From Candidatus Poriferisocius sp. (GTDB lineage: Bacteria; Actinomycetota; Acidimicrobiia; Acidimicrobiales; Bin134), in the NCBI RefSeq assembly GCF_965202595.1, contig NZ_OZ241836.1:932202-996201 (forward strand): a stretch of DNA of 64,000 bases, read 5' to 3'. The number at the start of each line of letters is the position of its first letter. Position 1 is the stretch's first letter. Made by a program: the position numbers and the translations under genes. This document shows positions 51,257-58,100 of the stretch, piece after piece. The notes under the pieces are model-generated. The model was not told where the DNA came from, ran no database searches, and saw nothing but the letters and a program-made list of their open reading frames with translations.

Positions 51257-52087
51257 ATGACCGGCCAGTCGGATAGCACAAAGGCGTGCACTCCCGAGGA
51301 TCAGCGCCTGCTGCTCGAGGTGGACAACCGTGTCGCGGTGGTAAGGCTGAACCGGCCCGAGGCCCGCAACGCCATGACCAGGCGAATGCGCAACGACTTG
51401 TGTGCGATGCTGAGAGCCGCCGATACCGATGACAAGGTGAGCGTCGTCATCCTGACCGGCACCGACCCGGCCTTTACCGGTGGGGTGGATCTGCGCGAAG
51501 TCGCGGCCCAGGAGCAGGCGGTAATTGGCACCTCCAAGCGCCAAGCCCAGGATCCGGCGGTAATTGGTGACGGCAAGCGCCAAGCTGAGGATCCGGCCCA
51601 GGCGTGCCGGGATACCTCCAAGCCGTTGATTTGCGCGGTGAACGGCACTTGCGTCACGGGGGGCCTGGAGATCGCCCTTAGTTGTGACTTCATCGTGGCC
51701 TCCGATCGGGCCCGGTTCGCCGACACCCACGCCAAGATCGGGGTTATTGCCGCCTGGGGCATGACGGCCCTGCTGCCACGGGCGGTGGGCAAGCGCATGG
51801 CCAAGGAGATGACCGCCACCGCCCGCTTTGTGGAAGCGGACGAGGCCCTGCGCATCGGCCTGGTCAACCACGTGGTGCCCCACTACCAACTGCTGGCCCA
51901 CGCCCGAGCGCTGGCCGGTCGGGTCGCCGAGGTGGCAACCCCGGCGACGGCGACCACCATGAGCCTCTACGACGATGGTGACGGCAAGAGCTTCGCCGAG
52001 TCCAGGGCCATGGAGGAGGTGGCCATGCGCAACTGGAAAGTGGACACCGAGGACATGCAGCGCCGCGGCCTCGGCAGGGGTAACTGA
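51257..52087 (+). CDS. Enoyl-CoA hydratase/isomerase family with an internal 13-aa tandem duplication
   Basis: ...VVRLNRPEARNAM...LTGTDPAFTGGVDLREV... ATG at 51257. Confidence 0.8.
   Translation: MTGQSDSTKACTPEDQRLLLEVDNRVAVVRLNRPEARNAMTRRMRNDLCAMLRAADTDDKVSVVILTGTDPAFTGGVDLREVAAQEQAVIGTSKRQAQDPAVIGDGKRQAEDPAQACRDTSKPLICAVNGTCVTGGLEIALSCDFIVASDRARFADTHAKIGVIAAWGMTALLPRAVGKRMAKEMTATARFVEADEALRIGLVNHVVPHYQLLAHARALAGRVAEVATPATATTMSLYDDGDGKSFAESRAMEEVAMRNWKVDTEDMQRRGLGRGN
51518..51595. repeat. 39-bp in-frame tandem duplication inside the crotonase gene
   Basis: The units at 51518-51556 and 51557-51595 encode AVIGTSKRQAQDP / AVIGDGKRQAEDP. Confidence 0.85.
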
Positions 52088-52146
52088 AATGGCCTCCACC
52101 CAGCCCCAGGTTCGAGCCGGCCATACAGGTCATATGATGCCTGCCC

Positions 52147-52860
52147 ATGGGCTTGGAAGGCGGCATGGATAGCCCACGAAGGTTCAAGGAAGCACTCGTG
52201 GCCACCGCCGAGGTGGCGATCATTGCCGAGATCAAGCGCCGATCCCCGTCCCGGGGCGATTTGAACATCCACCTCGATCCGGCGGAGTTGGCCGCGGCCT
52301 ACCGGGCCGGCGGGGCATCCTGCCTGTCGGTGCTCACCAACCGGGCCATGTTCGGCGGCACCGGCGACGACCTGGCCGCCGCGTCCGGGGCCTCGGGCCT
52401 TCCCGTGCTCCGCAAGGATTTCATCACCAGCGTCGAGGATGTGTACGAGTCCCACCGGATGGGGGCCGATGCGCTGCTGCTGATAGTTGCCGACCTGCCC
52501 AAAGCCAAGCTGGCCGAGCTTCACGACCTGGCCCTGTCGCTGGGCATGGATGTGTTGACCGAGATCAAGTCGGAGGCCGAGCTGGAGATCGCCCTCGAAG
52601 CCGGTGCCGACCTCATCGGGGTCAACCAGCGGGAAAAGCCCAAGAGCGCGGCGTTCACCATGGACTACCAGCGAGCCGAGCGCATGGCCGGTCTGCTCCC
52701 CGACCATGTGGTGAAGGTGGCGGAGTCCGGCATCGCCGTTGCCGGCGGGACGACCCTTGAATCCGTAAGGAATGCCGGCTACGACGCTGCCCTGGTGGGT
52801 GAGGCTCTGGTCACCGCCAACGATCCCGCCGAACGCCTCCGGGATCTGCTGGCCCGATAA
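52147..52860 (+). CDS. trpC: Indole-3-glycerol phosphate synthase
   Basis: ...IIAEIKRRSPSRGDL... and ...LRKDFI... The N-terminus is shorter than usual, so the true start may lie upstream on a non-ATG codon. Confidence 0.8.
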   Translation: MGLEGGMDSPRRFKEALVATAEVAIIAEIKRRSPSRGDLNIHLDPAELAAAYRAGGASCLSVLTNRAMFGGTGDDLAAASGASGLPVLRKDFITSVEDVYESHRMGADALLLIVADLPKAKLAELHDLALSLGMDVLTEIKSEAELEIALEAGADLIGVNQREKPKSAAFTMDYQRAERMAGLLPDHVVKVAESGIAVAGGTTLESVRNAGYDAALVGEALVTANDPAERLRDLLAR

Positions 52861-52913
52861 ATCCTGATCCCCGCGATCAGGGCAGTTGGCCGAACCGGAT
52901 CAATTTTCTCCGA

Positions 52914-53873
52914 TCAGGGCACCAGCACGATCTTTCCGAAGAACGCCGAACTTTCCATCAGCCGGTGGGCTTGGGCGATCTCCTCCAGGGGGAAAGTGGC
53001 GGCGATCACCGGGGTAACCCGGCCCTGGTGGATCATGGCCAGCAGCTCTCGCATGGTGGCTGCGATCCGCTGATTGTCGGGACGTCCCACCCCCATCAGG
53101 CTTATGCCCTTCACGAACAGTTGGCCCAGGTGCAACTCTGCCATGGGCCCGGCGGTGACCCCGCAGGTCACGAACCGACCCTCGGGGGCCAGCGAACGCA
53201 TGGCCGCGGCGAACACCGGGGTTCCCACGTGGTCGAGCACCACATCCACCCCCCGGCCATCGGTGGCATCCCGCACTGTGGAAACGATGTCGCCGTCGTA
53301 GTGATCGACCGCCAGCTCCGCGCCCAGTTCCATCGCCCGGGCCCGCTTGCTCGCAGTACCCGCGGTGGCGATGACCCGGCATCCCGTTGCCCGGGCGATC
53401 TGCACCCCGAAGCTGCCCACGCCCGACCCGGCCGCCATCACCAGCACCGTCTCCCCCGGCTGGATCCGGGCTTTCTGGATGAGGGCCTGGTGGGCGGAGC
53501 GACCGGCGGTGGGAGTGGCTCCCCCAGCCTCGAAGGTGATTCCTCCGGGCAGCGGGAACACCAGCTCCGCGGGGGCTAGGGCCAGGGTGGCGTGGGCCCG
53601 CTCGCCCGAGGCCACCACCCGATTTCCGGGGGCCACCGTTGTCACCCCGGGGCCGACCGATTGCACTACTCCGGCGATGTCCCTCCCGCCCACATGCCGA
53701 GGCCATCGCAGCCTCATCCCGTGGGATCCCTCCCGCCAATACACATCCACCCGGTCCATCGAGGTGGCCCTCACCCCGATGAGCACCTCACCTGGGCCAG
53801 GCTCGGGGTCGGCCAGCTCCCCCACCCGCAGCACTTCCAGCCCCCCCTGAGCCTCGTGATAGGCGGCCCGCAT
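52914..53873 (-). CDS. Zinc-type alcohol dehydrogenase / quinone oxidoreductase (MDR family)
   Basis: ...GPGEVLIGVRATSMDRVD... and ...VMAAGSGVGSFGVQIA... Confidence 0.85.
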   Translation of the reverse strand: MRAAYHEAQGGLEVLRVGELADPEPGPGEVLIGVRATSMDRVDVYWREGSHGMRLRWPRHVGGRDIAGVVQSVGPGVTTVAPGNRVVASGERAHATLALAPAELVFPLPGGITFEAGGATPTAGRSAHQALIQKARIQPGETVLVMAAGSGVGSFGVQIARATGCRVIATAGTASKRARAMELGAELAVDHYDGDIVSTVRDATDGRGVDVVLDHVGTPVFAAAMRSLAPEGRFVTCGVTAGPMAELHLGQLFVKGISLMGVGRPDNQRIAATMRELLAMIHQGRVTPVIAATFPLEEIAQAHRLMESSAFFGKIVLVP

Positions 53874-53958
53874 GATCAGCGGACCCGCACATGGGGTGGT
53901 TCGGGCAATGGGGGTCTCCGGGCGAACGTGTCCAGATCAGCGGACCCGCACATGGGGT
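53874..53958. repeat. 61-bp-period duplication copying the 3' end of the upstream gene onto the next gene's start
   Basis: gatcagcggacccgcacatggggt occurs at 53874-53897 (abutting the CAT start at 53871-53873) and at 53935-53958 (containing the stop at 53937-53939). Confidence 0.85.
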
Positions 53959-54566
53959 AGCCCCTCGGTGCTGTGCCGGAGGAACGCCAGGAACTCCCCC
54001 ACCGGCACGGGTTCGGACACATCGGTGGGCTCGTCGGGGTGAGACTCCCAGAACTCCCGGTAGGTGGGCCAGAACTCGTGCCAGGCCCCCTCGTAGGGCT
54101 CCTCACCGGGCCAGCGCATCTTGTTCTCCCCCAGCGGCGGCGCGTTCAGATCGGTGGCGTACCAGTACAGGGGCAGCCTCCGCCGGAAGTACCACCGGCC
54201 GTCGATGCGCTCGTAATCGTCCCAGTACATCATGGTCATTATCACCCACTCATCGCCGGTCTCGTGCTCGTTGCGGGAGTAGACCACCCCGTGAGCCCGG
54301 TCGGGGCCGTCGAACTCGATGATGTGGTTGCCGGTCACGTGGGCGGTACCGCTGAACTTGCCGCCCATCGTCTCGCGGAACCATTCGGCCAGCGCGGCCC
54401 GTCCCGAACGCCCCCGACCCACCCGCACATCGGCCGGGAACAGGCCGACCCAGGCCTCGGTGGCCCGCATGTCCAGTGCCAGGCAGTAACGGGCGGCCAG
54501 ACCTCGGATCTCCTCGATCGACTCCAACCGCTCCAGCCGTTCCTCCATCGATTCCCCGGTTCCCAT
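53937..54566 (-). CDS. SnoaL-like / NTF2-fold protein
   Basis: ...LERLESIEEIRGLAARYCLALDMRATEAWVGLFPADV... is typical of SnoaL_4-type proteins. I prefer the start MGTGESMEERL. Confidence 0.6.
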   Translation of the reverse strand: MGTGESMEERLERLESIEEIRGLAARYCLALDMRATEAWVGLFPADVRVGRGRSGRAALAEWFRETMGGKFSGTAHVTGNHIIEFDGPDRAHGVVYSRNEHETGDEWVIMTMMYWDDYERIDGRWYFRRRLPLYWYATDLNAPPLGENKMRWPGEEPYEGAWHEFWPTYREFWESHPDEPTDVSEPVPVGEFLAFLRHSTEGLPHVRVR

Positions 54567-54689
54567 GGCCGGCAACCTACCCGGTCGGTTCCACCCGTAT
54601 GCGGCCCGTACTTCACTGTCAGCTATTTCCATCCTGGTGTTGCAGTTGCTCACACCCGCACGCGGCCCGTACCGCTAGCCGGTTCCCCA

Positions 54690-54969
54690 CTAGGTGTAAC
54701 TCTTATGGAGGTTGTTGACAGTTCGGTTGGGTGAGCCTGCGATGCCGTTGTGGTGGTTGTAATCATGTCCATCTGGGTGGCGGGGGAGGCTCTGTGTCAC
54801 ATGCTAATGCGTTTTTGATGCCTGGGGGGCGGTTGTTGATGGTTCAGCGGGTTGGGGATGGTTCGGGCTCACAAACCCACCGCCGAAACCAACTCCAACA
54901 CCGCACCCACCACCACACCGCCATCGGCAACACACCCACATCAACAACCTCCACGAATGTTACAACTAG
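54690..54969. mobile_element. MITE-like unit bounded by inverted copies of repeat E
   Basis: The left arm is ctaggtgtaactcttatggaggttgttga (54690-54718). The right arm is tcaacaacctccacgaatgttacaactag (54941-54969). The arms are about 80 percent complementary with CTAG outermost. No coding capacity is seen inside. Confidence 0.45.
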
Positions 54970-55030
54970 TTAGGGAATACCACCTGGGTGGTGCGGGGTC
55001 GGCCACCAAGAATCGGTTGAAAGCAAAGGT

Positions 55031-55052
55031 GGGTCCCCGTCGGGGTTGACCC
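55031..55052 (-). terminator. Possible terminator hairpin downstream of the FN3-array gene
   Basis: gggtccccgtcggggttgaccc is an imperfect hairpin about 50 nt past the stop. On the reverse strand it is followed by acctttgctttc, a weak U-tract. Confidence 0.3.
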
Positions 55053-55100
55053 AGGGTGGTGGGGGGGCACCCCGGCGGGGAGAAATTAGGCGGAGGTGGG

Positions 55101-58100
55101 TTAGTTGTTGCAGATGTCGTTGTTCAGATCGGCAACGCGGTCGCCGTAGTTGCCACGGCCCAGGCGGCGGCACTCCTCAGCGAGGGCGGCTCTGTACTCG
55201 TCGCGGTAGGTGGCGGCCAGGGTGTCGCCGGCTTTTTGGCGGGCTATGGCCTCACGCCGGGTGTAGGGCAGCGAGCACACATCGGCCACGCCGTCACCGT
55301 CGCTGTCGAGGGGGTAGGTGGTGGGCCCACCCAGGGAGCGGTTGGCGCACCAGGAAGGCCCGGTGATGGTGCCCGAGTAGTAGGGGCCCCCGTCGTTGGG
55401 AGGCGGGAACCCCGGTGCGGCCAACTCATCACCCCCGCAAGCCTCGTTGCCGGGCTGGTTGGCGCACTCGGCGTTGACGAGATCCCGGTACAGGTCTGGG
55501 TACCGGTTGGCCAGGGTGATCACCGCGTTTTGTCGGGCTATGGCCTCACGGCGGGTGTAGGGCAGCGAGCAAATATCGGCCACCCCATCCCCATCGCTGT
55601 CGAGGGCGAACAAGCGGACCCCACCCAAAGAGAACTCCGCACAAAAACTCGGACCGGTGACCGGACCGGAGTAATAAACCTGATCACTGGGGGTGTCACC
55701 ACCAGGAGCATCGTCGCCGGAGGTGATGGTGGACGATGTGCCTGCGGAGCCGGCACCCACTGCGTTGATGGCTCGCACCTCGAACACATAGGCCACCGGA
55801 CCGGTACCAGTATTAGTACCGGTTATGACCGTGCTCATCGTGGCCGCCCCAACATCGGCCCACTCACCAAAACCAGCGCTCTCGATGCGGGTACGCCACT
55901 GCCAACCCGTCACCGCAGAACCCCCATCGGCACCCGCCATCCAAGTAACGGTGATGGTCCCATCGGTAGCCGTCGCTGTGACGCTGGGAGCAGCAGGTAC
56001 CGCAGCAGGTGTCGCCGACACCGAAGCCACAGCACCAGCACCCATAGCGTTCCGGGCCCTTAGGTGGAACGCGTAGCTAGTGCCATTGACCAGATCCGAC
56101 ACCGGCACCGAGGTGGCATCATCCATCCCGGCCAAATCCACCCACTGGCCTTCATCGACCCGCAAATGCCAACCCGTCACCACAGACCCACCATCGGTGC
56201 CCGGTGTCCACGACAAAGTCACCGTTTCGTCACCGGGCGTGGCGGTAACCATGGGAGCATCAGGCACCGTGGCCGGCATCGCAGTGTCAACCCCAACGGC
56301 ACCGGCACCCATCACGTTTCGGGCTCGAACCTGGAAGGTGTAGGTGGTGCCGTTGGCGAGATTCTGAACCGGCACCGAGGTGGTACCCGCAGGATAACTA
56401 GCCCACTGGTCGGTACCGGTGCGCAACTGCCAACCCGTCACCGCAGAACCACCATCACCACCCGGGGTCCAGCTCACCGTCACCGCCTTGTCACCAGCCA
56501 TGGTGGTCACCGCCGGCGCATCAGGCACCGTCGCCGGCATCACCGTCGCAGTACCAGCGGGGCCGGCACCAATCCTGTTCAGCGCTCTGACCTCAAAGGT
56601 GTAGGCAACACCATTGGTGAGACCATCGATGTCGCGGGTGGTGGTAGCGGCAGGCACATCAACCCAAGCCCCGTAACCAGCGGTGCCGGTTTTCATCCGG
56701 TACTGCCACCCGGTAACCGCAGCAGCCCAGTTGGACTCCCCCGCCACCCCGCCAGCACCAGCGGCCCAGTTCAAAGTGACCTTCATATCCGCAGCGGTGG
56801 CGGTCACCGACGGGGCGGGGGGCACCGCCGATGGGGTGACAGGATCGGACTCGAACGCCGCCCCAATCACCTGAACATTGGTGGTCACCGCCCGCACCTG
56901 GAACGTGTAAGCCCGCCCGTTAGCGAGATCATCCACCACCAGGCTACGCGCCGCCGCCCCACCGGTTACCGCGGTCCACGAACCGTAACCCCCACCATCG
57001 GTTTTCATACGATACTGCCAACCCGTAACCGTGCTACCCCCCGTGTTCGGTGCATCCCACGACAACGTGACCCGACCATCACCAGCAGTCGCAGTTAATG
57101 AACCGCCAGCGGGTGCGCCGATCGGTGTTATCGGACCAACCACCCCCGCGGCGGGGCCGGCACCGAACTGGTTCACCGCTCGCACCTCGAACTCATAGGC
57201 CACCCCGTTGGTCAGGCCCCGCACCGGCACCCCTGCTGATTCGGCCAAATGGCGGGCCGGTGGGGTGATACGAGCTCCCAACGATTGCCACGCATCAAAA
57301 CTGCTGCTACCGCTGCGACGCACCCGAACCTCATAACCCAAAACCGCAGAACCACCCTGAGGGGCCAACAAAGTGACCCTCACCCCACCATCGGCCGGTG
57401 TCACTGCCACCTGGCGAGGCGCAGTGGGCGTATTGCCAGGGGTAACCGGCAACGACTGCGCCGGCGCGCCCTTGTTGACAGTGGTAGTCACAGTATCCAA
57501 AACACCCTCGCTGTCGAGGGCCATCAAAGCGTTCACCGCCCGCAGGCGGAACCGGTACGTCGAGCCGTTGGTCAAACCTTTTATCACCGCTTGAGTCGTC
57601 GACGGCCCACTACCCGGAACCGGAGTCCACTCATCGTCCCAACCACTCCATGAGGTATTCGCGCCCGCAGCTTTTGAATCCTTGATGTATTCCCAGCGGA
57701 TGATCGGCGGACCCCCCGAACCCACCGACATCCACGACAGGGTTACCTGACCATCACCACCGGCAGCAGCCAACCCTGCCGGGGCGGGGGGTGCCACACC
57801 CGGTATCACCACCTTGTCGGGGTAAACATCGGCAGCTTTGTTGTGCAAACCGGCACCGTTGGAATACAACGCAGGACCCGCCAACCAACCGGTGCCGTGC
57901 CGGTTCCGCGCCCTGACCCGGAACTCGTAGGCCACCCCATTGCGCAAACCCGACACCACGATCCCGTCGCCAGCCACATCGGCGCTGTTCGCAGCCCGCC
58001 CCGCGAACCTTTGACCAACGTTGGACACCGCCCACGGCGACCACTCACCACCGGCGGGACGATACGAATACTCCCAAACCGTCTCACCAGAATAAGTGCC

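Noticed and set aside
5930-53958. Possibility that the tandem arrays are CRISPR arrays
   Set aside because: The units are contiguous, with no unique spacers between them. Copy numbers are 2-4, and the units are copies of adjacent coding sequence. No cas genes are present.
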